This document shows, piece by piece, positions 21,446 to 30,641 of a DNA stretch of 64,000 nucleotides. The position numbers were made by a program, and so were the translations under genes. A model generated the notes under the pieces. The model searched no databases, was not told the origin of the DNA, and worked only from the letters and a program-made list of their open reading frames with translations. Where the stretch lies: assembly GCA_965221695.1 (NCBI GenBank), contig OZ244905.1, forward strand, positions 1,888,001 to 1,952,000, in the 5' to 3' direction. Numbering within the stretch: position 1 is the stretch's first letter; each line of letters starts with the position of its first letter. Source of the DNA: Gammaproteobacteria bacterium (lineage in GTDB: Bacteria > Pseudomonadota > Gammaproteobacteria > Eutrophobiales > Eutrophobiaceae).

Positions 21446-21457
21446 GTGGAGGAATGA

Positions 21458-22639
21458 GTGAGGAAACGAGGCATTGCCATCATCGGCGTGAGCGAAGTTC
21501 CGACACGGCGCATGCCGGAACGGGCCCGCTGGGATATCCTGCTGGATGTCTGTATCGGCGCGGTGCGCGATGCGGGCATAGACAAGGACAATATCAATGC
21601 TGTGATCTCCCCCAACCCCATGGCGCAACCCCAGATCACGCTGGAAATGGCGCTGGGAAGAATCCCGGAAGTGTTGGGCTTCAAAGGCTGCCGCGACATT
21701 TGCGTGACCAACGCCGGCGGCACCTCGACCACCAACTGTATCCGTATAGCCGAACAGTTGATTGACTCCGGTCAGGCCGATTTCGTGCTTATCCCCCATA
21801 CCACGGTGCAATCGGACATTCCGGCGCAGGATCTGATTAATTTTTTTGCCACGGCGCCGTTGGACAAGGAATGGGAATACCCTTGGGGGGTGTCATTCAA
21901 CGGGTCCATGGGTCTGATCACCCAGCGCTATATGCACGAAACCGGCGCAACCGCTGAGGACATGGCGGCAGTGACCGTAGGGCTCAGGGCCTGGGCAGCC
22001 ATGGACCCCAATTCCATCTTTTACAAAAAACCCGTGACCCTCGAGGATGTCCTAAGTTCCCGAATGATCAGTACACCATTGCATGCCCGGGAATGTAACC
22101 TGCTGGCGGACGGCGGCGGGGCGCTGGTATTGACTTCCCATGACATCGCCAAAGAACTTGGCGGCAAGGCTGCCTTCAAACTGGGTCATGGCACGCGCTT
22201 TATGAGCGCGACACCGGTACTGCGCAAAGATGTTTTCCATCGCCGCGCCTACCAGGAAACGAGCAGCGATGCATTGGAGCAGGCGGGTTTATCGATTGGT
22301 GATATGGACCTTCGGCAGATTTACGGCGCCTATCCTTACACACAATGTTCTGCCCTGGAAGCATATGGTGTCTGCGCCATCGGCGACGGCGCAAAACTGT
22401 GGGCCGAAGGCCGTTGCGGACCGGGTGGTGACCTGCCCTGCACCACCATGGGTGACGCCACCGGCCGCGGCCATGTCGGGTCAGGCGTGAGTATGGCCTT
22501 CTATATCGATACGGCCAGGCAGCTATTCGACGAGGCAGGTGAACGCCAGGTTGCCGATTGCGCGCATGCCATTCTGACGACTTCAGGCGGCTCGGTAATG
22601 AACGCGTGTACAACGGTATTCGGCAGAGAAACGCGATGA
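21458..22639 (+). CDS. Thiolase-fold protein lacking the nucleophilic Cys (Ltp2/aldolase-like)
   Basis: IAIIGVSE, DVLSSRMISTPLHAREC..DGGGA; NAGGTS in place of the CxS motif; coupled to a DUF35 gene. Confidence 0.85.
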   Translation: MRKRGIAIIGVSEVPTRRMPERARWDILLDVCIGAVRDAGIDKDNINAVISPNPMAQPQITLEMALGRIPEVLGFKGCRDICVTNAGGTSTTNCIRIAEQLIDSGQADFVLIPHTTVQSDIPAQDLINFFATAPLDKEWEYPWGVSFNGSMGLITQRYMHETGATAEDMAAVTVGLRAWAAMDPNSIFYKKPVTLEDVLSSRMISTPLHARECNLLADGGGALVLTSHDIAKELGGKAAFKLGHGTRFMSATPVLRKDVFHRRAYQETSSDALEQAGLSIGDMDLRQIYGAYPYTQCSALEAYGVCAIGDGAKLWAEGRCGPGGDLPCTTMGDATGRGHVGSGVSMAFYIDTARQLFDEAGERQVADCAHAILTTSGGSVMNACTTVFGRETR

Positions 22640-23046
22640 TTCAACGACGGCGCCCGCTGCCCGAGATACAACCCTTTTCCAAGCCGTTCTGGGATGGGAC
22701 CCGCGCCCATAAGCTGCTGATCCAGCATTGCTGCGACTGCAACTCCCTCATCTTTTACCCGCGCCGGGAATGTCCGGAGTGCTGGTCAACCAACCTGGAC
22801 TGGAAGGAAAGCAGCGGCAAGGCTACCCTGTACTCCTATTCCATTACCTACGAAGGTGTGGAAGAGAAATTTGCCGATGATCTGCCAATCATCCTGGCCT
22901 GGATAGACTTGGAAGAAGGGATCAGGATGACGACCAACATCATTGGTTGCGAACCGGATGATGTGTATATCGGCATGGAGTTGGAAGTTGCGTTCCGCCC
23001 GTTGACCGATGAGGTCATCCTGCCATTCTTTCAGCCCGTTCGCTGA
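22636..23046 (+). CDS. DUF35 Zn-ribbon/OB-fold protein (ChsH2 C-terminus-like)
   Basis: PFWDG..LLIQHCCDC..YPRRECPEC, G.ATLYSYS, LEEGIRMTTNI; ATGA overlap with the thiolase-like gene. Confidence 0.9.
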   Translation: MIQRRRPLPEIQPFSKPFWDGTRAHKLLIQHCCDCNSLIFYPRRECPECWSTNLDWKESSGKATLYSYSITYEGVEEKFADDLPIILAWIDLEEGIRMTTNIIGCEPDDVYIGMELEVAFRPLTDEVILPFFQPVR

Positions 23047-23065
23047 TGAATTGCCTTTTGTTAAA

Positions 23066-23151
23066 GGAAGCTCTGAACAAGTCCATCCAGGACTTGTCAG
23101 TGGCGACACATCCCGGCGCCGTGCGAACCTCTGACTTAATTCAGAGGCTCT
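23066..23151 (+). mobile_element. MITE-like element (~86 bp) with terminal inverted repeats
   Basis: GGAAGCTCTGAACAAGTC...GACTTAATTCAGAGGCTCT; intergenic, no transposase. Confidence 0.65.
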
Positions 23152-23200
23152 ATAACTGTTTGGGGGCAGAGACCCCCGCTTACAACATGCGGGGGCATGC

Positions 23201-23785
23201 TTGAAATCCGCCCCTGAAAAACCGGAACAAAACAAGACTGGCTGGGGCAAATGGGGAACCTGGGAAGAGACTGAATCTTACCTGGGCAAGGTCATCGGCG
23301 TCGCGCAAGGCGCGGACGCCGTGGAACAGGGGACTATCCGCCGCTGGATGGAGTCCAAGGAGTTTGATTGTCCCATTCACATTGATGACGCCGCCGCGCA
23401 GGAGGTGGGCTACGAAGGTGTCATTGCGCCAGACAATATGATCTTTACCTACGGTCTTCCGGCCTACTGGCAGAACGGCGACCCCTACGAGCAACCCAAC
23501 GCTGAGCCCCGACAGATACCGATACCGGTTATTTTCGATGTTCCAGCGCCGTGCAACCTGAGCTTCGCCTCAAATATCGATGTGGAATATCTTGCGCCGA
23601 TGCTCGTGGGTGACCGGATTACCCGCACCAGCCGGCTGGTCAGCATCAACCGTAAAACCCTGCGGGTCGGCGACGGCGCTTTTTTACGCCAGGAAGACAC
23701 CTACACCAACCAGCGAGATGAGATAGTGGCCATTGTCACCCTGGATATCTTTAGGTTCGTCGCGCCGGACGATAAGCAAGACTGA
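23201..23785 (+). CDS. MaoC-like dehydratase, N-terminal (FAS1-type) subunit
   Basis: DAVEQGTIRRW..PIHID..GYEGVIAP, EYLAPMLVGDRIT, YTNQRDEIVA; TTG start uncertain. Confidence 0.8.
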   Translation: MKSAPEKPEQNKTGWGKWGTWEETESYLGKVIGVAQGADAVEQGTIRRWMESKEFDCPIHIDDAAAQEVGYEGVIAPDNMIFTYGLPAYWQNGDPYEQPNAEPRQIPIPVIFDVPAPCNLSFASNIDVEYLAPMLVGDRITRTSRLVSINRKTLRVGDGAFLRQEDTYTNQRDEIVAIVTLDIFRFVAPDDKQD

Positions 23786-23786
23786 A

Positions 23787-24218
23787 ATGGTCGACTGGTC
23801 CAAGCAGATAACTGTAGACGATGTAGTCACTGGCGCTGAGATTCCTGAAATCTCCATACCGATTACCCTGCAACGTCTGGTGATGGAAGCCGGCTCCAAC
23901 CGCGATTTTTCCCTGATCCACCACGACAAGGACGTCGCGCAGTCAACCGGCGCCGCCGACGCGTACATGAATACGTTTTTTATCCTGGGCCTGTTTGAAA
24001 GAATGCTGCGTGAATGGATGGGGGTGAGAGGCAGGCTGAAAAAGATCACGTCACTGCAAATGAAATCCTTCAATATAGTCGGCGATACCGTTTACTGTCG
24101 GGGCAAGGTAGCCGGCAAACAGGAAGACGGGACCGTCAACCTGGACATCTGGATGGAGAATGAAGAGAGGGTAACAGTGACCGCAACCGCTGCCGTCTCC
24201 CTCCCGCTGCGGGCATGA
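23787..24218 (+). CDS. MaoC-like dehydratase subunit
   Basis: AGSNRDFSLIHHD..AQSTG hydratase motif, GDTVYCRGKV. Confidence 0.85.
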   Translation: MVDWSKQITVDDVVTGAEIPEISIPITLQRLVMEAGSNRDFSLIHHDKDVAQSTGAADAYMNTFFILGLFERMLREWMGVRGRLKKITSLQMKSFNIVGDTVYCRGKVAGKQEDGTVNLDIWMENEERVTVTATAAVSLPLRA

Positions 24219-24279
24219 TTATTTCACCGACATACGGGTGTCGAACCTATATCGCTGTCCTCGACTACCGAAATAGCAT

Positions 24280-24308
24280 TTGACTGTCGAACAATTTTGT
24301 TCGATACT
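24280..24308 (+). promoter_or_regulatory. hicAB promoter with palindromic operator
   Basis: TTGACT(24280)-17 bp-GATACT(24303); perfect inverted repeat TCGAACAA-TT-TTGTTCGA at 24287-24304. Confidence 0.7.
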
Positions 24309-24315
24309 GTCAGCT

Positions 24316-24528
24316 ATGAAGGGAAGCGAATTTATTAAACGGGTGAAGAAACTGGCTAAGGTTAAAGGATTGCCGTTTGAGGTAAATTGAGAACGTGGAA
24401 AGGGCAGTCACATAACCCTATATTATGCTGATCGATGTACAATTCTGAAAAATCGGAAAGATGAATTGAAAACAGGCACTTACCATGCCATGTTGAAACA
24501 GCTCGGGATTGACAAATCGGAGATATAG
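24316..24528 (+). pseudogene. hicA: HicA-family mRNA interferase toxin with in-frame TGA
   Basis: Manual translation MKGSEFIKRVKKLAKVKGLPFEVN*ERGKGSHITLYY...LKTGTYHAMLKQLGI; stop at 24388-24390 lies just before the GKGSH catalytic motif. Confidence 0.85.
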
Positions 24529-24531
24529 CGC

Positions 24532-24957
24532 ATGAATTATACTTATGCTGTGATTCTCACTGAGGATCCGGATGACGGTGGATACGTTGTTACCTGCCGC
24601 GATCTGCCGGAGGCGATCACCCAGGGCGAGACGGTTACGGAAGCGCTTGCTGAGGCGGCTGTTGCGCTGGACGAAGCCTTGTGTGGCCGTATCAATCGCG
24701 GCAAGGATATTCCTGAGCCCTCGGCTGAACAGGCCGGAGAACGGTTGGTTCCGGTACCGGTGACCACTGCGCTAAAGGCGGCGGCTTACACCAGGTTTCG
24801 CGAATCCGGCCAGACCAAGGTGGCAATTGCCGAAGCCCTGGACCTCAAAGAAAGCGAAGTGCGCCGCATCCTTGACCCACGTCATGGCACCAAGGCCGCC
24901 ACCCTGGAACGGTTTATCCGTTCGCTGGGGGGTAACGTGCTAATCAGTGCGAGTTAG
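24532..24957 (+). CDS. hicB: HicB-family antitoxin with C-terminal HTH
   Basis: GGYVVTCRDLPEAITQGET..EA..AL..IPEPS; HTH segment EVRRILDPRHGTK. Confidence 0.92.
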   Translation: MNYTYAVILTEDPDDGGYVVTCRDLPEAITQGETVTEALAEAAVALDEALCGRINRGKDIPEPSAEQAGERLVPVPVTTALKAAAYTRFRESGQTKVAIAEALDLKESEVRRILDPRHGTKAATLERFIRSLGGNVLISAS

Positions 24958-26148
24958 TCAACCCTTAACCAGTTCCCCACCAATGATAAGTTGTCGAATC
25001 TGTGCGGTGCCGCCGCCGATTTCCAGGAGTTTGCCGCAGCGGTAGAGTTGGTTAATCTCCGTCTCGCGCATGAAGCCCATGCCGCCGTGTACCTGCACGC
25101 CGTTGTCCAGCACGCGCATACAAGCCCGGCCGGTATGCAGGAACACCGCAGCGCAGCGCTTTTGCAGTTCGCCACGGCTGACACCCTCTTTGTCTTCAGC
25201 ATGCAGTTGGATTGCGCTCTGGTAGGTAAGAGAACGCATGGTTTCGACATCGGTGTACATATCGGCCAGCATCGCCTGCACCAACTGGAAATTGCCGATG
25301 GGCTGGCCGAACTGCTCGCGCGTCCGCGCATATTCGATGGACAGGTCCAGCGCCCGTTGCGCGACACCGAGGCAATAGAATCCCAATACCAGGCGTTCCA
25401 CGTTCAGACCGCTCATGATCACCGCAGCGCCGTTATTCTCGCCACCGATGAGATTTTCCGCCGGTGTCTCACAATCGTTGAAAATCAGCTCACCGGTGGG
25501 GCTGCCGCGCCAGCCCATCTTGTCCAGTTTCTGCGCGCTGCTGAAACCGGAGAAATCTCTCTCGACAATAAACGCAGAGATGCCACGATGCCCTTGCGCC
25601 GGGTCGGTCCTGGCATAGACCACCGCAATATCGGCTACCGGCGCGTTGGAAATAAACATCTTGCGGCCGTTGAGAACAAATTTATCGCCTTGTCTGACTG
25701 CGGTCATCTTCATGCTGCCCAGCGCATCCGACCCGGCGCCCGGCTCGGTCATACCCATCGCGCCAATCGCGGTTCCATCGCAGAAGCGCGGCAGATATTT
25801 CCGCTTTTGCTCTGCGCTGCCATTGCGCACAATATTGTGGACGCAGATATTTTCGCTGGACAGCCAGGCCGCGCATAAACCATGGCTCCAGTAGGCCATG
25901 GCCTCAGCGGCGACGCATTGCGCGAGGAAATCCAGCCCCTGCCCGCCGAATTCTTCCGGAACCGTAAGCCCAAGCAACCCGACCTCAGCAAGCGAGCGAA
26001 AACGTTGTTCGGGGAACCAATCCTCCCGGTCCATCCTGTCGTTCAGCGGGTGCAGTTCCTCGCGGCTGAAGCGATACACCGAATCGTAAACCTGCTGGTA
26101 TTCGTCCGCGAAGCCGTAGGAGGAGAGTGTATTACGATGAGTGTTCAT
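24958..26148 (-). CDS. Acyl-CoA dehydrogenase (isovaleryl-CoA dehydrogenase-like)
   Basis: GMTEPGAGSD, LNGRKMFISNAP, KLDKMGWRGSPTGEL, LLEIGGGT. Confidence 0.92.
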   Translation of the reverse strand: MNTHRNTLSSYGFADEYQQVYDSVYRFSREELHPLNDRMDREDWFPEQRFRSLAEVGLLGLTVPEEFGGQGLDFLAQCVAAEAMAYWSHGLCAAWLSSENICVHNIVRNGSAEQKRKYLPRFCDGTAIGAMGMTEPGAGSDALGSMKMTAVRQGDKFVLNGRKMFISNAPVADIAVVYARTDPAQGHRGISAFIVERDFSGFSSAQKLDKMGWRGSPTGELIFNDCETPAENLIGGENNGAAVIMSGLNVERLVLGFYCLGVAQRALDLSIEYARTREQFGQPIGNFQLVQAMLADMYTDVETMRSLTYQSAIQLHAEDKEGVSRGELQKRCAAVFLHTGRACMRVLDNGVQVHGGMGFMRETEINQLYRCGKLLEIGGGTAQIRQLIIGGELVKG

Positions 26149-27344
26149 TTACTGGATTCCTGCGTTCCCGGGGAATGGGTATGGGGGATTACACCGGCAT
26201 CGCCCAGTTCGCTGATGCGTTCCTCACTGAAGCCCCAGTCCTGCAATATCTCCACGGTGTGCTGGCCCGTTTCGGGCGGCGGCGACTGTATCGCCGCTGG
26301 GGTCCGGCTGAACCGGGGCGCGGGCGCCGGCTGGCTTATTCCATCAATGCTGACATAGGCGTTCCTGGCCAGCGCGTGAGGATGTTGTGCCGCTTCCGTC
26401 AGGCTCAGCGCCGGCGCGAAGCAGGCATCGGAACCTTCGAAGATTTCACACCATTCATCCCGTGTTTTTGTCAGGAATATCTGCTGAAACCGAGCGGCAA
26501 ATTCCGGCCAGCGTTCCCGGTTGTGCTGCTGCGCGCGCAGGTCCGGGTCGCTGATTTTAAGCCGGTCCAGTAGCTCACTGTAGAACCGTTCTTCCAGCGG
26601 CGCAATGACTATGTATTGATCATCTTTTGTCCGGTAGGTGTTCACAAAATGGGCGCCGCCATCGAGGATATTGCCGCCGCGTTGTTCTTTCCAGATTCCA
26701 GCCGCCAGCAGCCCGTAAAACACCGTCATCATGGACGCTGCGCCATCGACCATCGCCGCATCCACGACCTGCCCCTTGCCTGATTTTGCCGCCTCCAGCA
26801 TGGCCGCCAACAGCCCCATCGCGAGATACAACGCGCCGCCGCCGAAATCGCCAATCAGGTTCAGCGGATAGGTCGGCGCTTCATCCTTTTTGCCGATACA
26901 GGCCAGCACGCCGGCGATGCCGATGTAGTTGGGATCGTGCCCGGCACGCTCGGCCAGCGGGCCCTCCTGGCCCCAGCCGGTCATGCGGCCGTAAACCAGT
27001 CTCTCGTTGCGCCGCATACACTCCTGCGGTCCCAGTCCCAGGCGTTCCATGACCCCGGGTCGGAACCCCTCGAACAGCGCATCGGCGCCGGCGCAGAGTT
27101 GAAGCACAACTTCCCTGCCCTGCGCTTGTTTTAAATCTATCGCAATAGAGCGCCGGCTCCGGTTCATCAGTCCGTACTTGCCGGGCATGGAAACGCCCAG
27201 TTCCACCTTGCTCAGGCGTTCGACTCGCACAATTTCCGCGCCCATGTCGGCCAGCAGCATGCCGGTCAACTGTGTCGGCCCGACACCGGCAATCTCGATC
27301 AGCTTATATCCGGATAAAGGCCCTTGGGCTTTGCTCGCAGGCAT
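26145..27344 (-). CDS. CaiB/BaiF family alpha-methylacyl-CoA racemase-like protein
   Basis: GPLSG..EIAGVGP, EGFRPGVMERLGLGP, AGHDPNY, GDFGGG, PAPAPRFSRTP. Confidence 0.92.
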   Translation of the reverse strand: MPASKAQGPLSGYKLIEIAGVGPTQLTGMLLADMGAEIVRVERLSKVELGVSMPGKYGLMNRSRRSIAIDLKQAQGREVVLQLCAGADALFEGFRPGVMERLGLGPQECMRRNERLVYGRMTGWGQEGPLAERAGHDPNYIGIAGVLACIGKKDEAPTYPLNLIGDFGGGALYLAMGLLAAMLEAAKSGKGQVVDAAMVDGAASMMTVFYGLLAAGIWKEQRGGNILDGGAHFVNTYRTKDDQYIVIAPLEERFYSELLDRLKISDPDLRAQQHNRERWPEFAARFQQIFLTKTRDEWCEIFEGSDACFAPALSLTEAAQHPHALARNAYVSIDGISQPAPAPRFSRTPAAIQSPPPETGQHTVEILQDWGFSEERISELGDAGVIPHTHSPGTQESSK

Positions 27345-27352
27345 CAGCGCAA

Positions 27353-27817
27353 CTACCAGTAGCGTAACAGGAAGGTGGCAACGGCAACCGGCTCATCCCG
27401 GCCGGCGACGTTGAAAGTGACATCATAATGCACGGTGATGGCCTCCTCTTTTTTCACCACCCTGGCGATGCGAGTGGTGGCGGTCAGGCGCGCGCCGGCC
27501 ACGATCGGCGCCAGCAGGCGGAACCGGTCCGCGCCGTAAAACAGCGCGTTGATCCTGCCATACTCGAATGATTGGAAGAACAGGGTGGGAAACAGCGCGG
27601 GCAACATGAACAAAGGCGCAATCACGCCACCGAACCGCTCGTTGCAACGATCCTCATCCCAGTGCACCCATTCCCGGTTATCGATGGCCGCGCAAAACGC
27701 CTGGATTCTGTCCTTATCGACCTCGAAGGGCGAGGAGGTTGCGATAACCTCTCCCTCACGATCCATAAACCACTGAATATCATTGATAATCGTTTTTTTC
27801 GGCATGATTGTTGTCAT
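27353..27817 (-). CDS. MaoC/NodN-like dehydratase
   Basis: IQAFCAAIDNREWVHWD..FGGVIAP, YGADRFRLLAP. Confidence 0.82.
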   Translation of the reverse strand: MTTIMPKKTIINDIQWFMDREGEVIATSSPFEVDKDRIQAFCAAIDNREWVHWDEDRCNERFGGVIAPLFMLPALFPTLFFQSFEYGRINALFYGADRFRLLAPIVAGARLTATTRIARVVKKEEAITVHYDVTFNVAGRDEPVAVATFLLRYW

Positions 27818-27924
27818 TTAATGTAGTTTGACTGTTGGGGCGCAGCGCCATGAACGTTGCCAGTATAATGTTTGGCTGGAATTTATTCGCTATACTAATT
27901 CTAACACTACACAACACTCAGAAA

Positions 27925-28902
27925 ATGGCCAAGACTGCACAACTCAAGTCAAAAAACACCCGCCACAGCGAACAGGAACAGAACGCAATCGAGATGGCGA
28001 TACTGCAACGCATAGAAGCCGGTGAGATCTTCGAGGACATGGATGACCTCTCGCCCAAGTTCCGGGCCATATTGAAAATGACCGCCGACCTGGCCGCGGT
28101 GAGCGAAGTATCGGTGCTGACCTGGGCGTATACGGCTTACCGCACCGCGCCCGACATCGGCGCCAAGATTGCGGTATGCGCGACGATTCTTGACGAAGTG
28201 GGTCACGCCTACCACCAGGGCCTGCTGGCGGAACGTTTCGGGGTCGATATGCACCAGCGGGCCTTTGAAGATGATGTCGAAACCATCTGGACCTGGCCGA
28301 TCATGGAGGTGCCGCTACGGAATTATATCGAGTTCGTGGTCATGCAGGCGCTGCTGGATCGGGCCGGCCTGCACTGGACCAAGGACATCGAACTGCATTG
28401 CAGTTTTGCCCCTTACCGCAGGACCTTGAGAAAGGTCAATTTTGAGGAGGGGTTCCACATGCGCCATGGGGCTTTCTGGACCGAGTACTACTGGAACCAC
28501 TCGGAGGAGACGCGGGAATGGGTACAAAAAGCGGTGGACTGGCTGTTCCCGTTCGGGGTGATGTGGTTCGGCAAACCCGACGATCTCCGCAACCGGCCGG
28601 ACATGCTGAAATATCGCGTGCGCGGCTGGGGCAATGATTTCATGCGTGATAAATGGCTGCAGTCCGCCAGCGCTTTTTGTGACAAGCTGGGCATAAAGAT
28701 CCCGGCAAAATTCGACAAGGACAACAACAAATGGATCCTGGATATGCCGTACCCGATGTTGTACGACGCGGAGAACTATCAATGGTCCTGGGAACAGTGC
28801 TCCCAGAAGGAATACTGGTCCCACTCCCGCCGGGGCGGACCGATGCGTCCGGGCGCCTATGATCGGTTGCGCCGCGAGGAATGGGGGGAAGCCCTGTGGT
28901 AG
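27925..28902 (+). CDS. PaaA-like di-iron ring-epoxidase catalytic subunit (divergent)
   Basis: AP...K...DEVGHA and EEGFHMRHG iron-ligand motifs, LLDRAG, QKAVDWLFP..FG; start placed at ATG 27925. Confidence 0.85.
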   Translation: MAKTAQLKSKNTRHSEQEQNAIEMAILQRIEAGEIFEDMDDLSPKFRAILKMTADLAAVSEVSVLTWAYTAYRTAPDIGAKIAVCATILDEVGHAYHQGLLAERFGVDMHQRAFEDDVETIWTWPIMEVPLRNYIEFVVMQALLDRAGLHWTKDIELHCSFAPYRRTLRKVNFEEGFHMRHGAFWTEYYWNHSEETREWVQKAVDWLFPFGVMWFGKPDDLRNRPDMLKYRVRGWGNDFMRDKWLQSASAFCDKLGIKIPAKFDKDNNKWILDMPYPMLYDAENYQWSWEQCSQKEYWSHSRRGGPMRPGAYDRLRREEWGEALW

Positions 28903-29213
28903 CCACCACAGAAGCGGTGCGCGCCGCCGCGGGTCGGGTACTCGACCCCCATATCAACGTCAACCTCAATGAGATGGGGATGGTCAGCGATATTTCCATC
29001 GGGAAACACGGGGATGTGGAAGTGTCGATAGTCTTTCCCTGCCTGGGTTGCCCCGCGTATACCATGTTGAAGGAACAGGTGCGCCAGCAGGTATCCAGAG
29101 TGGACGGCGTCAAATCCGTTCGGGTGAAAGCCGACTGGGAAGGTCGCTGGGACCGGTCGCAGATGTCAGCGCGCGCCAGGCAGTACGCGCAACAACACGG
29201 TTATCGTATCTGA
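28896..29213 (+). CDS. PaaD N-terminal/DUF59 metal-sulfur cluster assembly-type protein
   Basis: VLDPHINVNLNEMGMV..GCPAYTML..W...MS..AR. Confidence 0.82.
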   Translation: MVATTEAVRAAAGRVLDPHINVNLNEMGMVSDISIGKHGDVEVSIVFPCLGCPAYTMLKEQVRQQVSRVDGVKSVRVKADWEGRWDRSQMSARARQYAQQHGYRI

Positions 29214-29228
29214 CCAGGCGCTTTAATC

Positions 29229-29468
29229 ATGACCCAAGGCGCCGAACAAACCGGCAACAACGTGACGTTTGAAGTATTCGGACGCGATCAACTGGAACGG
29301 CCGCTGTCGCATATTGGCAGTATCCAGGCGCCGAATCAGGACCTCGCAGTAGCCCGCGCCCGTTTCATGTATTCCGAGCGCCAATGGGTCGAGCTGTGTG
29401 TCGCGCCCTCTGACTCATTCGTTGCCTGCCTGTCACCAGTCAGGCGCGGCAGCATCGGCATGGCCTGA
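29229..29468 (+). CDS. PaaB-like subunit
   Basis: FEVFGR..PLSHIGSIQAPNQDLAVARAR..Y..ELCVAP. Confidence 0.8.
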   Translation: MTQGAEQTGNNVTFEVFGRDQLERPLSHIGSIQAPNQDLAVARARFMYSERQWVELCVAPSDSFVACLSPVRRGSIGMA

Positions 29469-29680
29469 TGCGCATGACAAACCCGGCAAACCGCCAGAAT
29501 GGCAACAACGGCGCCCCAACGGAGCAACCTGAGCGTAAAGTCTTGTGTCCATGGTGTGAATCGCCAAACACCCGGTTGGTCAGTCTTTACGGTCCCAGCG
29601 TCGCAGAGATGTTGTACCAATGCGAAGACTGCCAGGACAGCTTCGGCTGGTTGAAGTGGGAGCAGCGACTGCCAGAATAA
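29468..29680 (+). CDS. Stand-alone PaaD-type zinc-ribbon protein
   Basis: VLCPWCESPNTRLVSLYGP....YQCEDCQDSF..LK. Confidence 0.8.
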   Translation: MRMTNPANRQNGNNGAPTEQPERKVLCPWCESPNTRLVSLYGPSVAEMLYQCEDCQDSFGWLKWEQRLPE

Positions 29681-29694
29681 CACGGCAACTGACA

Positions 29695-30576
29695 ATGCAA
29701 CTGAACGACAAGATAAAGCTCCTGTTGCAGGCGGAACTGTTATGCATCGCCGACAGCAACTGGATCCTGGGACACTGGTACATCAACTGCATGCTGAACG
29801 GCCGCGAGCTGACCGATTTTACGTCCATGGCCGGTATCGCCGAAGAGAAGCTGGGGCATACGCGGGCATTGTTCAGGTTTCTTGAAGAATATTACGATCT
29901 GCCCGAGTTCCAGCTTGAATTCGGCCGTGACGCTGATCAGGTCCACAGCCCGGAATTTCTCGACCTGCCCCCGGAAAACTGGGCCGACTTCATCACTACC
30001 CTGTTCCTGGCCGACCTCGCGTTATGGCGTTTTTCCGCGACTTTCATGGACGGTACTTTCACTCCCATTGCCAACCTCACCAGGCGCTTCGGCGAAGAAT
30101 GCTATTTTCACCAACTGTGTATCGACGGCTGGATGAAAAATTTTACCGCAGCCGAAAAAACCGAAGCGGGTCAATCTATGGTGAAACGCTTGCCCCAGGT
30201 ACTGGCCTGGTTCGGCTCCGAACCGCAATCCTCTGCCGATGTATTGGTTGAACAGGGTTTGCGAACGGAATCCACCTGGTCTGCCAGGTCGAAGTTGCTG
30301 GATGACATCACCGCAAAACTGGGCCCGCACACAGGGATATCAAGCGCACAGATCGACAGCATCGCCGCCCAAGCCTTGCCGGAAAACCGTGACCCCCTGC
30401 GCCGGCGCCAACAGGGCAGTAAAATCCCGGACAGGTTATGGGAGAGCGTGAACCCGACCAGTGAAGCGGCACAAATCGCCCGTCGCCCCCTGGCCGTCAG
30501 TGTGAGGGATAATATAGACCTGTTTCAGACAACAAAGAAAGACGACACCGAACCTGTGTTTGAAGCCAAGGGTTAA
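29695..30576 (+). CDS. PaaC-like structural epoxidase subunit
   Basis: LLCIADSNWILGH, IAEEKLGHTRALF, LEFGR, NWADF, EECYFH (degenerate iron ligands); start placed at ATG 29695. Confidence 0.82.
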   Translation: MQLNDKIKLLLQAELLCIADSNWILGHWYINCMLNGRELTDFTSMAGIAEEKLGHTRALFRFLEEYYDLPEFQLEFGRDADQVHSPEFLDLPPENWADFITTLFLADLALWRFSATFMDGTFTPIANLTRRFGEECYFHQLCIDGWMKNFTAAEKTEAGQSMVKRLPQVLAWFGSEPQSSADVLVEQGLRTESTWSARSKLLDDITAKLGPHTGISSAQIDSIAAQALPENRDPLRRRQQGSKIPDRLWESVNPTSEAAQIARRPLAVSVRDNIDLFQTTKKDDTEPVFEAKG

Positions 30577-30641
30577 ATTAAAAGGAGGCTGCCTGAAAAG
30601 CGGAAGTTCGGGCATCCCGCCTGCAAGTTCAAACACGATGT

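Noticed and set aside
23162-23196. Alternative G/C hairpins upstream of the MaoC gene as a riboswitch
   Set aside because: Short and low-complexity; no recognisable aptamer
24388-24390. TGA in hicA as selenocysteine or genetic-code reassignment
   Set aside because: Not a Cys position, no evident SECIS hairpin, and TGA terminates many genes in the window
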